A stretch of DNA of 62,933 bases, filler included, from Rhabdomonas costata (lineage: Eukaryota), in assembly GCA_019059605.1 (NCBI GenBank). It is 38 parts of 38 records of this genome, joined end to end, with 100 filler letters (N's around TTAATTAATTAA, not from the genome) between each part and the next. Parts side by side here need not be neighbours in the genome. Positions count along the whole stretch, not along the records: positions 1 to 1,559 come from JAHMHO010013051.1; positions 1,660 to 3,219 come from JAHMHO010013052.1; positions 3,320 to 4,879 come from JAHMHO010013053.1; positions 4,980 to 6,540 come from JAHMHO010013054.1; positions 6,641 to 8,200 come from JAHMHO010013055.1; positions 8,301 to 9,860 come from JAHMHO010013056.1; positions 9,961 to 11,520 come from JAHMHO010013057.1; positions 11,621 to 13,180 come from JAHMHO010013058.1; 30 more parts are not named here. One strand, written 5' to 3'. Below are positions 1 to 13,282 of this stretch, piece by piece. The position numbers and the translations under genes were made by a program. The number at the start of each line of letters is the position of its first letter. Position 1 is the stretch's first letter. The notes below the pieces were generated by a model. The model ran no database searches. It saw only the letters and a program-made list of their open reading frames with translations, and had not been told where the DNA came from.

Positions 1-391
1 GGGGTGTTGTGGGTAAGAGGGGTTGGGATTTCGTTATTGTTTTTATCGGTTTAATCTGCGCCAACAGTTTTCCAAAAATGTCTTTGGCAAGTCATGCGTA
101 GCGCATTCTTCGTTGTTGTTGTTGTTGAATTTTTAAGTTTTTTAAATTCATCTATCAACAGTAGAAGTTGATTGGTATCTTCTGGTGTTCGTATTGTTTT
201 GTCTTTTCTTTGTGCTAAAACTTTAGGATAATTGTGCTAAATGATATGTACGTTTGGGAGTGGAGATATCCTATTGAGAAGACAAACGAACTGATCCGAA
301 CGAAGGGATGACGCGGATACGCCTATGCCCATAGCAAAGTACGCAAGTTGATCGATGATGATTAGATGATTAGAGGGGGAGCTGTGCCCAA

Positions 392-429
392 CCTTATGCC
401 CTTATGCCCTTATGCCCTTATGCCCTTAT
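392..429 (+). repeat. 8-bp tandem repeat (CCTTATGC)x4.7
   Basis: Read directly from the sequence. Confidence 0.9.
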
Positions 430-1559
430 CTTATGAAAAATAAAGGAAAAAGTTAACAAAGTTGTTTGGCCCATTCTACAATGAAAAGACGTCGGCCCTC
501 CTTCGCCCTCTTTGAGATCAAAGGGGTGTGATAGTACCCCCTGCCTTTTTAGTTCGCGCCTGCATCAAGGAGAGGTCCTGTTTTCTGTTGCTAGACGCCA
601 AAGGCGCATGATAATTTTCCAGATTTTCCAGTCAACGAGATCACTACCGGATATTACCTGAAGGTTCTGTGGGTCTGAGGTATGAGGTGCTGAAAAGGGT
701 TGTTTTTGCGTTCACTATAAAACATTCGAAAAACCGAGAATCCCCTGGTTCTGAGTTCTTTTTAGGCGTTTGTACTTAAGTTATTACCCACGGCACATTG
801 ACCTTGTACCTTACGAGTGTGTTCATTTCTTTTATGATCCCTCTTCGTCTTGCCCCCTTCCCCTTTTTCGGAGGAAGCCGGGGGAGGAGGGGGGCGTCTA
901 ATGTACTTCGCCCTCCTTACCGCATCCGTGCAATATAGCGGTGGTCTCGCAGCAGTTTGCCAACGTTTTCCGCACCCCAAAACATCCTACCCACCCATGT
1001 TGATTCCTCCCTTGCAACCAAAGGTGGAGTGTAGCGTGACCATGCTTCCCGCTGGTCTTCTGCGGCTGCCGGACAATAAGCTTTTGGCCTGCCACCAGCC
1101 CCTGAGCGAACGCCGAACTTCCGCCGCGCCCAACGAATGGTATGCGCAAAGAATGTAAAGACTAACCTGGTTAGAGCTTCCAGGTACTGCTTCTGGTTTT
1201 ATTTCATTTGGATCTCGTGTTCTGCATTCCCCTGCACCCCTTCTATCAGGATGTATACCGTCGACGACACCATGCGGAGCCAGCAGCCCACCCAAGAGCT
1301 CTTTGAAGCCTACCTTGTCAGCGCCCGAAGTCACCCTCACTCTCAAACCTCAAAACCATTACTTCACCAAACGCCTGGAATCTCTTCCGGGCCTTCCAGC
1401 TCTAATGCTGCAGGAGATTCGCCTTCAGCTGGGTCTGGGTTCACCATAGCCAGGATCGCTCCAGGACCCCTTTCAGCGGCCCCACTGTTACCCGGCCGGA
1501 TGTGTCCCCAGCTGAGCCTGCAAAGGCTAAGAAGTGTTATGGAGGCCTACCCCACCCCC

Positions 1560-1659
1560 NNNNNNNNNNNNNNNNNNNNNNNNNNNNNNNNNNNNNNNNN
1601 NNNTTAATTAATTAANNNNNNNNNNNNNNNNNNNNNNNNNNNNNNNNNNNNNNNNNNNN
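1560..1659. other. Artificial contig-joining linker (N44-TTAATTAATTAA-N44); first of 37 identical linkers spaced about 1.66 kb apart
   Basis: Identical 100-bp block with a six-frame stop 12-mer recurs through the window. The flanked contigs are all about 1550-1562 bp, consistent with concatenation by length. Confidence 0.99.
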
Positions 1660-2053
1660 GGTTTGGTTGAACCCAGTTGCACGTGGCCTGCACACTGTAC
1701 GCGGTAACTATCGACGAAGCATGAAAGGAAACACACAGTGATGCGAAAAAAATGTTGGCTGTCCAAACTCCAAGACAATATCAAAGTCGAAACAAAGCGC
1801 AACCACATGGACAATGAACAGATCAAGCAAGTCCCGAGAAACCCAGCACAATCCGTCCTGGGACATTCAAATGCATGCGAAGCACAACAGAGCAACATAG
1901 AATGATCGGGGGAGTGGAGAGGAGGCTTGTTGCCGCCACCCAGAATTTAAGAACTCCCACCATACGAGACGACAACGACTGGGATGCACAAGTGTACAAT
2001 GTCGAACGATCTGAAGCGAACCTGGAGTGGAGTGTATTTGTGTGGGGGTATCC

Positions 2054-2752
2054 TCACCCCAGGAATGGCCGGAGGCAAATTTGTTCCCCAGCGGAGAGAT
2101 GCCGAACGCAGAGTTGAAAGGACCCCCCGCTGGGCACACTGGGAAGACCGCTGAAGGCGACCCCGAGAGCAGTGTCATTCCACGTGAAGCTAATCTGGCT
2201 TGCGTCAAGGTCAAGATGCACCTTCACCGTGGTACCCATAGGACAGGATCGGGCCGTGGAATACATTGGGTCAACGTTTCGCACCACGGAGCAGCCCTGG
2301 AAAAAACGAGCTTCAAGGCAGAACGCAAACTCCACCCCCACCCAGAAAACCATCAACCCAAGGAGAAATACAACATGTCTCGCAACCCAACAACACCCTT
2401 CACCAAGCATTGTCGCAGCCTGCAAGAAAGCAATTTGCTTGCCCGGGCATTTGTGTCGGGTTTAGCCGACTTGGTTTTATTTTTCTTCACATAAAAATGC
2501 TGTGTATGTGTGAGAAGGATAACAATATAAAAATCCGGTGACCGAAACATCCTTGAATATTTTGGGATCCGATAACTCAGAAACCGCAGTAGCAGGCAGA
2601 GACAAAGGAGGAAAATTGCAGTCACCGAAGAGCACAGCCGAAACGCCGACGCAGGGCCCCAGAAGAACTGCCCTACCGAAGCACTGATAACCCCAAACTG
2701 CACCGCAGGGCTCAAGTCGGAAAGGCATTTCAAGGCCCATTCAGCTCTTCCA
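2054..2752 (-). CDS. SPRY/B30.2-domain protein, last three exons (about 2677-2752, about 2375-2419, 2054-2297)
   Basis: Spliced reading SGRAEWALKCLSDLSPAVQFGVISAS|AATMLGEGCCWVARH|GCSVVRN...GTTVKVHLDLDASQISFTWNDTALGVAFSGLP...* matches the SPRY pattern GD.IG..LDLD.G.LSF..NG..LGVAF..L. Junctions are GT-AG. Confidence 0.7.
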
Positions 2753-4377
2753 CTGTTTTTTATTATTGAGTTTGTGGTGAACAGTAATTTCGCAGAAAAC
2801 ACGGCACTGCGGCACAGGCACAGGAGTGCGTGCAGCGGCTGAGGTGAAGCACCAAAACAGACACTCTCACAAGAAAGAACATAAAAAAGACCTCAGGTGG
2901 AATGCAAAGGACAAAAGCGGATTGAAGCAAGACAGACGTGTGAAGGGGTGCGAAGGAGGGACCTGTGAGTAACGTGCAGGCCACGCTTACAGAACGTGGT
3001 TGAAAGGAGTGAAAACAGTAATTTCAGCACAGTGCAGTGCAAACATAACTCGTATGAAGGCTTCAAACAAAGGTGTTTTGAACTCCTCTGTCCCTAGTCA
3101 AAGACATCTCCGTTAAAATGTGCGATTGTGCTGATGCATTGGAACAATCTCATGTGTCCGAACTTGTGAAGGCCACATTACCAGCGGCGGGTCATGGGGG
3201 GGGGGAATAGCTCTCGGAGNNNNNNNNNNNNNNNNNNNNNNNNNNNNNNNNNNNNNNNNNNNNTTAATTAATTAANNNNNNNNNNNNNNNNNNNNNNNNN
3301 NNNNNNNNNNNNNNNNNNNGTGTGGGTGTGTTTGGTGGTGGGGGGGGACGGCACAGGGATCCCCCGCCCCGCTGCTCCGGACCTGCCCACAGTACTGCTG
3401 CTGCCACAACTCTTCCCGCAACACAGAGCTGTCCGCAGAGCTTCGCCACAGACCCGACATCGAATCCCGAGTATCATGCGCAGACAGTGGTGGCGTTGAG
3501 TGTTTTTGGGCCCCCCACACGAGTTCCCATCCAAAGAAAGACCCGCACCACTCCTGTCCCAGACCGACTTTACCCCGCAATATATTGCGAGTTATAGTGG
3601 CACCCAAAAGTGTGCACTAGGGCGGGAGGGGGAACAATTCCGACGACACCCTCCGCCTACTATCATTTTCCCTCCAGCCTCCTGCCGTCGCTGCAATCTC
3701 TTCTTTAGGCTATCGCTCCATTTGTCCCGATTCCTCTATACTTGCTGAACAGTGCCATGCCCACCACTGCGGAACAAGCAGTTTGTAACGGGGTCTCAGC
3801 TACAAGAGTGCTGCGTCCTCTTCATCCCATCAAATCCAGTCAAATCACGTCAGAACGAGCTTTCGTACCGTGGTCTTCAAGAATGCCAACATGCCCACGC
3901 CTTCAGGGATATACGTGATTTATAGTCTTGCCTATCCCGCTGCGCCCCAGGTCGGCTCCGGCTGTTGGGCCCACATAAGGCTCGTACAGCAGTTGTGGAG
4001 GTTTCGCGTGCAAAACGGAGGGGTACCCTCAGGTGCTCGACCACGGTCATAAAATACAATTTCCCAGACATGGCCGCGGACTAGGGAGAGGGAGATCAAA
4101 ATCACTCACTGCCATTTGCGGCCTCTCGGGAGATTCCAAGGCAATCCGATCCTCTTCAGAACCTCCGCTGGATTCGCTGCGGGCTGGCTGGGGCGACCGC
4201 GGCGGGGGGTACTGAAAGGCTGAAGGGCTGGCAGGGACTGTGGCTTTCTCCGCATCACCCACGAGGGCCCGCCTGGGTTGGTACCGTGGTGGGTCGGGGT
4301 CCATGCTGCAGTCATAGAGGTACATCGTCCGAAGTGGGGGGTCCGGGCGGCGAGTGGACCTCAGCATCGTCAGCAAA

Positions 4378-4420
4378 CAAATGCAAATGCAAATGCAAAT
4401 GCAAATGCAAAGGCAAAGGC
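4378..4420 (+). repeat. (CAAATG)5(CAAAGG)2 microsatellite
   Basis: Read directly from the sequence. Confidence 0.9.
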
Positions 4421-5487
4421 TCACATGAAACCACAAGGCAGGCCACAAAGGCTGGAGCTGCCAACGCTGAGAAAAAACACGACGGACAAGGAAGGAAAAA
4501 GCCCTTGACAACGACATCCCAGCGTCCCATGACATCCAAACACCCGAACAAAAAAGCAGCAAAGTTACAAAGAGGCGAAGGACGATGCGCATTATATGGG
4601 ATTGGTGGGAACGAAACACATTCTGCGGGATACATCACATCGGCAAAAAGACAGTGGTTTCTGAAGCGAAGGAAGACGTATGCTGTATCATGGGAGCTCC
4701 CATAACAAGCATTCTTTCACCTGAGACCTTCCCTGCCCACGATATTCCGCCCTGTTAACAGCTGCAGCGTGGCCGGTGAGTTTCGAAGAACAAATGCCAT
4801 ATATTTTTGAGCATCTTTGCCATTTGTGAACCCACATAAGTCGCGGAGAGCTGAAGAACACAAAGTCACACACACACACNNNNNNNNNNNNNNNNNNNNN
4901 NNNNNNNNNNNNNNNNNNNNNNNTTAATTAATTAANNNNNNNNNNNNNNNNNNNNNNNNNNNNNNNNNNNNNNNNNNNNTGTGTTGGGTAAAAGAGATTT
5001 ATGTAGTGTAGAGTGTAGTCATTGGGTTATCCACATAGGAGGTTAGAGTGGGTTATACACAAGTGGGTAAGTGGAGTGGAGTGTGTTATCAGTCGGGCAG
5101 GAGACGAGTTTTTGATGCCTTGTCCTGTGTGTTTGTACCTTGTTTTCCATTTCATGAGCAAGGAACAACTCGCCTAAGAAAGAAGAGGAGTGGGAGAAGT
5201 TCCTCCCCTCGAGCTACTTCCACAGCGAGACCCCGGTACTGCGCCCGTGGTGTGCCAAATCCACAGCGCAGAGAGAGACAACCATCTGAAGAGCGGTGAG
5301 AGAGAGTGCGTGGTTTTGTGGGTGAGGGGTGAGGCTCCACAGCGTTGGTGGGTTGAGAGGGGTGAATCCACAGCGTGGGTTGTGTGGAGAGCTCTGACTA
5401 AGCTACTGAGTGATTTCGAGTTTCTCTTTGAGAGGATTGACTGAGTGATTAAGTAATTCCCAGTGTTGCTCAGTCCAGAGTTGAGAA

Positions 5488-6459
5488 TGTCGCAACCGTA
5501 GGTTAGTAAGAGTTACAGATCACACCTCCTGACGTTCGTGCGAACACATACTTAAAAACGTTATGACAGATGCATGGAGTGTTTCTGACGGACAGCTGCA
5601 GAGGTGAAAAGAATTTGCAAAGAAGTTATGCAAAGGTTGAATGTGGCTTTTCCAAATGTGACAGAGAATTCCAAGAGGTGGATAGCAGCCGTGGAGTGGA
5701 TATCGTCCAAGTACAAAGGTCAGACAGGGAATAAGGAGGTCAAAATTTTAGTTGGTATTCTAGAGGAGGGGAGAATGGAGATGTTTACAGATTTACAAGA
5801 GCTGAATGAGTGGAGACAGGTTGCCCTCGGGAATACAGAGCTACCTGTTCTGAGTGCAGTTCCGCAGATATTGGATGACCACGCGTTGTTGACGTATGTG
5901 GTGGAATTTGTAGAAGAGTTGGAGGTGGAGGGTTCACCATTGGGACATGATCGGGAAAAAATAAAGTCTTTGTTGAAAGAGGTTTTGAGGAGGAGGATTA
6001 AGTCCAGAGAGTTGCTGGACTTAATTTGGACCTAGTAGCTCCATCAACGACGGATGTTCCACAGCAATGGACGGGGACTGCGGTGACTGGAGTGGAAATG
6101 GCCACACAATCCACATCCACAGCGATTTTCCCCAGAGCAGCTCGACACCTAAACCCCAGTTGAAGCAGCATTCAGTGCTGGATACACGGCGTGAGCGTGA
6201 AGAAGCACCAGCAGCAGTTTACGGTCACACACGGTCAGGTGCTAAGCCGAAAACACAGCCCAAGCCACAACCCATACAGGCACAGTCGTTTGAGGAGACT
6301 TCCGCAAGGAATGTGCCACAACCACCACCTCCACCTACGTTTATGGAAGCACTTCTGCAGTCCAATGCAGATGTCCGTAAGGTGGTGATGTGCGATCCAG
6401 AAGAAGGTTGGAAAAATAGTGGGAAGGGTATGCCAGATGTGGAGTTTTCATACTGGTGA
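5488..6459 (+). mobile_element. Possible decayed retroelement ORF1/gag-like region
   Basis: Intronless, purine-rich, broken ORFs (5604-6035, 6067-6459) with composition unlike the GC3-rich host exons. No diagnostic motif recognised. Confidence 0.3.
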
Positions 6460-8836
6460 GCAGCCAGTTCATCCACGGATTCCCAACCAGGACCTTCACA
6501 GTCGCCAGTGTCCAGATAAACCAGACTTCCCGCTCCCAACNNNNNNNNNNNNNNNNNNNNNNNNNNNNNNNNNNNNNNNNNNNNTTAATTAATTAANNNN
6601 NNNNNNNNNNNNNNNNNNNNNNNNNNNNNNNNNNNNNNNNGGGTTGGTGTGAAGTGTGCGTTTTTATGCTTTTTCTGTTTTTCTGAGACGGAGACGGTCC
6701 GGCGCTCACAGGTGGTGCTGCTTCAAGCGCCGCGGGGACGCCCGTGTGTTCTCTGAGTCACAGCACTACGGAATGTCTGACATTCGACCCTCTGGGGCAA
6801 AGTGAGGGCATCAATACTGTTACGTTTGTGAGCTTTTGGCGGGCTGTGCCAGATTCAGCTTTTGCCCGCTTCAGTCCTTCCCTTTTTGTCGCTTCGCTTG
6901 CAGCATTTTCGATGTGCTGATTTCCATCTGTGGAGTGGTTTATTCTTTAGTTCTCGGGTTCTGAGATTGTTTAGACTTCAGACTTCAACTGACTTTGTGT
7001 CCCTCTCTGCCTGGAGGTGTCACAATGCCACTTTGAAGGCATGCTTTCAACCAGAACTTTCTCTATGTAACGTGTTAATGTCAATACTTTTTCCACTTGC
7101 AGAATGCTCGCGTGCTCTGTCCCATGCATATTTTTTGAGTGAACGCGTTTCTCGGCATTGTCAGGCAGAAGTAAGAGAGGTCTGTCGAAAGTCAAACCCT
7201 CGGGACGAAAGGCATTTTACTTGTGTGATTGGCGACGCCCGCAGTTGCAGCGTAACCTGTGTTATTGGCCATACAAAACGTTTCACCCAAGCTGAGCCAA
7301 ACCAGAATTCTAACTTGATGTCTCAACAAAAAAAACTTAAACTGGCACAAGAGCGACTGCCGCAACCGCCTCGTTCCTTCCATCTGCACGGCAAAAACCC
7401 CATGCCTGAAAGCACTTTTTCGCAGCAGTTTGTTAGTTTCCAGATTGGCTGCTTGCCGCCTGCTTCCCGCGTGCGTTCGGAAAATCCCTGCTAATCGATT
7501 AGCCGGTTACATACCACATTTCTGATTCGTGAAATTTCTCCTGCTGTTTGGATTTGAACCAACGCAGGCTTTTACCAGTCACTTTTTGAATGCGTCCCGG
7601 GCCTGAGCACAGGGGGTCGTGCGTATATATTTTCCGCATCTAAAAACCGACAAATAATAAGGAAAGCCTCATATATGGCAAAGAAATAGATCCAAATCCT
7701 TACCGCCCCAGAAAACGCGCAACTCTGCTTCACCCCAGCAAACACTCTTCGAAGCCCAAAAGACCCTCGTTCGATGCCCGCGCCAAAACCCACAAAAACT
7801 AGACAAGGAGCGCCAAGGGATGAGGGCACCCAAATCGTGGGATGGACAGCGTCGTAGCGTTGACGCGCATGGTGCGCACGACACACGATAAAGACCTCGT
7901 TTCTTTTAACTACCATGGTCAACAACGTCCCGAAATTTCTTTCTGGAAAATATACGGAAACCTTGGGCCCGAGCCGGCCATGAACCTTCCCACCCCACTC
8001 GGCGGTAAACCGCCTCAAAAGCTCCGGATGCGCGCATGCTGTTTAAATTTCGCTGGTAATAGCTTTACCGAGCGAGTTGGCGACCATCGCGGGTACATCA
8101 ACATAAACAACAATACGTACAATGGCGGCTCTGTCCGCCCCAAACCCGGTCACGGCCCAGATCACGTAGGTGTTACAAGAGAGAGAAGTCTACCACACAA
8201 NNNNNNNNNNNNNNNNNNNNNNNNNNNNNNNNNNNNNNNNNNNNTTAATTAATTAANNNNNNNNNNNNNNNNNNNNNNNNNNNNNNNNNNNNNNNNNNNN
8301 TGTTTGTGGTTCCAGCCCGCTCGTCGTCGGTGGACCTCGCTCCGCTGCCCCTGGCGTTTGACTCTCTGGACGTGCTGTTCTGCCTCGCGGAATCTCACAT
8401 TGAGCTGGTGCCTTGATGTGCCTCTCCGGAGTAGTGATTCCTCTTCGGACTTTGCCATTGTTATTCGCTGTGGTGGATGGTTCCGCAGTCGCATCCCCAA
8501 TATGGCCTTTCCTCCCTGTTTTGTTATTGGAAGGACGTGCATATGACTCTCTCTTTTCCTTCTTCTTTAGCAGCGCCTACTCCGTGAATGTTGCTGTTTG
8601 GTTCTTCCTTTTCGTTTCTTCCGTCTTAAGGTAAAGAATTTCCCTTCTTTTCTCTTGATCATTGCGATGTACCTGTTGGGATTTTCGTCTTCTGCGCTGT
8701 TTTCGGAGTCTGCAGCATTCATAGATGAATGAAGACACGCTGCGAGTGTGTTGAAACCACCTTTACGTATGACGTGCATTCACTATGCGCCGCGTTCTGC
8801 TTCACACTACATGGGACCACTGTGAGCAACCTGAAC

Positions 8837-9570
8837 CTGCGCTGGTTACTGCTGTGGGAGCCAGCAAGCTGATGTTGGGGTAATCCGGTGTACGGTGTGA
8901 TTTCAGGAGAAGGCCACTCCAGTGGACTACATCGCCCTGGGTGCTCTGTGTGACCTTGTGCGCTCCCTGGGGGAGTCCTGCACGACCTCCAATCTGCACG
9001 GCCCTGAGGTGCGCACATGAACACCCACACACACGAATCCATCTTAGCCTTTTTTTCGTTGGCTGTTTCTTAGCTTGCAGCACATCATTACATATCGTAG
9101 GCTCTTGCGTCCGCAGTACACTACCCGCGTCCCTAATAATCTCATACTGAAGATACTTTTCCGCCATTGTGCAGTTGTATTTTGTCAGTTGGTGTGTACA
9201 ACTATAAATGAAAATGAATTCGGAGAAACGCTTACTTTGCAAAGCAGGGTTATGAAAGGGATCAGAGTTGGGTCAAACCGATTGGTGAATTGTGTGTGGT
9301 GAAGGAGAGTAAGAGCTGTAATACAAGTGGCAGTCATGAATAAACATTGACACGATATTAGCGGTTCCGGGGTGGGTGGTAGGGGGCAAGGCCATCCGTG
9401 GTCAAAGACCGACCGAAAACAGGAAAGGCAGGAAAGGTTGGGCCGATGGATACCCTACTCCAGGGAAAAAGAAAGAGGGCAGACCCGAAAGAAAAATAGA
9501 ACCACGAAAATGGGGGAACTCTGACTTGAAGTCTTCCCCTGGGTGCATCTTGACCCGCATCTCCTCCAAG
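8837..9570 (-). CDS. Hypothetical protein, two internal exons (9526-9570, 8837-9003)
   Basis: Phase-compatible GT-AG splice gives LEEMRVKMHPGEDFK|AVQIGGRAGLPQGAHKVTQSTQGDVVHWSGLLLK. No family recognised. Confidence 0.35.
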
Positions 9571-10092
9571 CTGTCGGATTGGAGTGGCGACTGCACAGAA
9601 ACATGATTTGACAACTTCCTCCCTGGACAGCGCAGTCCAGTCCTTCCATGTTGCCTTTGAGCCAACGTCCTTTAGAATTCTGAAGGTTGAGGTTGAGATA
9701 CACGGTTCTTGTGGGTTTCGTCTTTTCTTACTTTTTTCTTACTAAGAACCACAGGCGCAGGAACATGCTCAAAAATTGTGCCGCACACAGGAGGCCTCCA
9801 CCGAAGACGGCGCTTTTGACATGGAACGGGTCACCTCCGGCCCTTGTATGCTGCCCTGCGNNNNNNNNNNNNNNNNNNNNNNNNNNNNNNNNNNNNNNNN
9901 NNNNTTAATTAATTAANNNNNNNNNNNNNNNNNNNNNNNNNNNNNNNNNNNNNNNNNNNNGGGGGGTTCTCTGGTGTGTGCAGCTTGATATAAAGCTGAC
10001 TTCGCCCCTTGTTACTCCTGGAGTGCAGACAGCTGATGACCTTTCTCTCTGTGGCCCCGATTTCTATTCTGTTTTCTGTTCTCGTCTTCCAG

Positions 10093-11520
10093 ACACCCTC
10101 ATGGAGATGTTTATGGACAACAGTACGCTCGTCGGACACGTCACTGAGGTTGTTCCGAGCTAATTTTGGCCTTCAGTTTTCGCCTTCATCTACTGTTAAA
10201 AGAGGAGCTATAAGCGGCACAAAGGGATATGTAAATGCCACTAAGGGGCACCACAACCGGTCGACGGTGAAAGGTCAGGAAATTCTGACCCCAAGGACAG
10301 GCCGCGCAGCGTTTTGGAAGGCCCGATGTGTACAAAAGACTCCAGGCCTGCTTTGGCTCAGCCCTCTTCGTTCTTTTTATGGTAAGCTATTAGTGATTAA
10401 ACACGGTCCACTTAGGACGAAGCCCGAGCAGTCCGAAGAAACAAATTAGAGCTTTCTTCATTATCGCAGTCTATTGGCCAGGGGTGTTGTGATTTCCACC
10501 GCATCCCAGTTACCCCCACCCATCAGCTACAATCAAGCCAAAAAATAATCTCATTGCCCCTTCTTCCTTCTTAGCGAGTGCATCCTTCATTGACTTGCGC
10601 ATGTGCGGATATAGTTCTTTGAGAGTGTGTGTCTCGTATCGCCAGCAACTGTGTTGATGATTCTGTGGCATCCCATGAGCTGGAATGAGCATGAGCGATG
10701 CTTTGTGAGAACTATTGTCTTCTTTTTGGTGGCACTGTGCTGGTTTCCGTTTTGCAGGAAGTGCTGCGTGGGTACGTCAAGCACGCCCAGTCGAACAAGA
10801 ACCAGATTCGCTACGCAAAGTTCCTCGCCGGAGTGTGCATCTGCAATGGCCAGAACATGCTGCAGATCCAGGACACGGTCTGTGTGAGTACCCGTTTGCA
10901 TTCATTAGGGAATGGGCATCAGACTGAAGAGCGATGTGCTGCCACAGAGTCGCCTGCAGAACCCGTTGTGGCCTTCATACATGCGTTTCATGGAAAAGAC
11001 CCCAGTCATGCAAAGAAGAAGGACTGAGCCTCAGAGACACGAAGCGGCACCGAATCAGCGCGGGCCGCTGGAAAAAGGTAGTGGCTCTGCGAAGGCCGTG
11101 GGGCGAAAGGAGTATGCCGCACGTGGAATGCACAGCGGTTTACCGGTACCTCATGCGCAGCAAAGGTTCTTTCAGCGAAAATCCGTGGCTAACAACGCAT
11201 GCGGCGGTCATCAGTCGATTGCAGTCATCAGCAGCCCCAGTTAGCCTGGGCGCTCAGTGCCCAACCCATGGCACTGCTCCCAAATTCAGAAGGCAAGGGA
11301 TGTCTTCGCTCCATATCAGCCCGCCCGCTCTGCGCTCAGCACGCGCAGGTGACCCGTTGCACTTGTAGGTGTGCCGGCTGGTGCTGGAGGAGCTGCCCGA
11401 CCTGATTGTGCCACTGCGACTGGGGGAGGATAAGATGGTCCGGGTGGAGCTCACGGCGGCGGTAGAGCGCAAGGAGTTCAAGGCAGACAAGCTGAAGGAT
11501 ACCGACTTCCCCACCACCAC
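10093..11520 (+). CDS. ITPR: Inositol 1,4,5-trisphosphate receptor (IP3R/RyR family) RIH-domain region, exons 10093-10148, 10758-10877, 11369-11520
   Basis: Spliced DTLMEMFMDNSTLVGHVTE|EVLRGYVKHAQSNKNQIRYAKFLAGVCICNGQNMLQIQDT|VCRLVLEELPDLIVPLRL parallels IP3R [66 protein letters not shown]. Introns are phase-0 GT-AG. Confidence 0.85.
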
Positions 11521-11620
11521 NNNNNNNNNNNNNNNNNNNNNNNNNNNNNNNNNNNNNNNNNNNNTTAATTAATTAANNNNNNNNNNNNNNNNNNNNNNNN
11601 NNNNNNNNNNNNNNNNNNNN

Positions 11621-13015
11621 GTTGTGTGGTACCACGCAGGGGCGTGCCCCGTGGTGGCCGGGGTGCTGGTGTTCCACTGCGAGTGGACCTCCCTGGTGCG
11701 GAGGCTGCAGGGCGGGGAGATAGCGGCTGCCGGGCAATCCAGTTGGCCTGAGGCTGAGGCCCCGGCAACCGTGGAGCAGGTCGCAGGGTGTTAGTTGCCT
11801 GACTGTGGGTGTGTCGGTGTGAAAATTGGCCGCTTGAGCTGAAGGTAAGGTTTGTATCCAATTTTTTATGGGGAGGGGGAAGAGGGTGCTCACTCAGAAC
11901 GGTCGAAATGCGAACTTTGGTGACCAAATGGTCAGTATCTCAAAGTATCCGAGACCTCCTTTTCTCTTTTGTTACTTGTCTGTCTGTTTGTTTGTAGTGA
12001 AACCCGTCCACCACTAACCCACACACACACACACTTCGCAAATTGGCGTTTCGTTTGGACAGGCCCGAGAATACCTTCAGCAGGTGAAGAGTGTGATCTC
12101 CCATTACTCTGCTCTGGGGAAGGTCATTACCATAGACGTTTCTGGGGAGCCCTCTGCCGCGCTGCATGGCGCGAAGAAGGCCATGCTGGACCTCTCCTTT
12201 CACGTCGCCGACACGGAGCTGGAAGAGGTCCAGTTTTGCGAGGGCGAGCCCACCGCCCGCATACCTCACCTCATTGTGGCATGCAATATTGTTCGCACCC
12301 AACCATTCTTACGTACTGGCGGGCCGATGATTTGTATGCTCCCATATATGGTCCCAATTCCCGTGGTGTTTTTCTTTCTCTTTAGGCACGTATTCAGGAA
12401 GTTGAAGAGGAGGTGCCACCGAATTAGCAGCAATATTATGTTAATGCACAATGTCATAGACGCACCGTCCTCGTTGCTGACAACTTTCCCTCGTGCCCTG
12501 TAGTGCAGCTGGAAACGGGCAAAGTAAAGTTCAGAATAAATAGAAAACTAAGTCAGAGAAGAAACCTGTCGTCGTTTCAAGTGGTTGTGTGGAGAAAGCC
12601 AGATTTGGGGGCCTGTGCGTATTCCAATGCTGGCGAAGGGCGAATGGCTCTGATTATGATCATATCTCTGGTGAGATGCAATTGTGTGTTACCTCCCTAT
12701 TATGACATGCACTCTTCGTCTAAGCACACGAGTTGTGTTACTGAGTGTAATCATTTCTTCGGTTTTGTTTCAACTGAAGACGTCCCCTTTTGCTCTTTGT
12801 TTCGGGTGAGACGAAAGAACCACCACAGAAAAAATAGTGATTGATACCTCCCAAACCCCCAAAGCTGTTGGTTTTGTATGCGCGCGCAGCTGCTGCCCAC
12901 GCTTCCCGCGCGGACTCTGGATTGTCTGGGTGTGGTCGCCCGCAACCTGCTGTCATCTGGCAGCCAGCACTACCGCAAGCTCAACACTGGCACCGATCGG
13001 TTCTTCGAGACAATG
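11621..13015 (+). CDS. Adenylate/UMP-CMP kinase-like C-terminal half followed by a PUB(PUG) domain; exons 11621-11779, 12084-12227, 12890-13015
   Basis: AGVLVFHCEWTSLVRRLQG and VKSVISHYSALGKVITIDVSGEPSAALHGAKKAM resemble NMP-kinase C-terminal motifs. TLDCLGVVARNLLSSGSQHYRKLNTGTDRFFETM resembles PUB L..L.KI..NIL..P...KYRKI...N..F. All joins are phase-0 GT-AG. Confidence 0.65.
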
Positions 13016-13282
13016 GTATTGGTCGCTTCAATTCCTACTCGCCACTCTTTCCCCTCGGTCCCCCTCCCCCCTTCCATGAACAGAAGACAAATAAAAATTG
13101 GCAAAGGAGAAGCCAGCTCGCCAATCAAATACAGAAAGGGATTTCGTTTTCTTTACGATTCCGAAAAGCAACCAAAAAAANNNNNNNNNNNNNNNNNNNN
13201 NNNNNNNNNNNNNNNNNNNNNNNNTTAATTAATTAANNNNNNNNNNNNNNNNNNNNNNNNNNNNNNNNNNNNNNNNNNNNTG

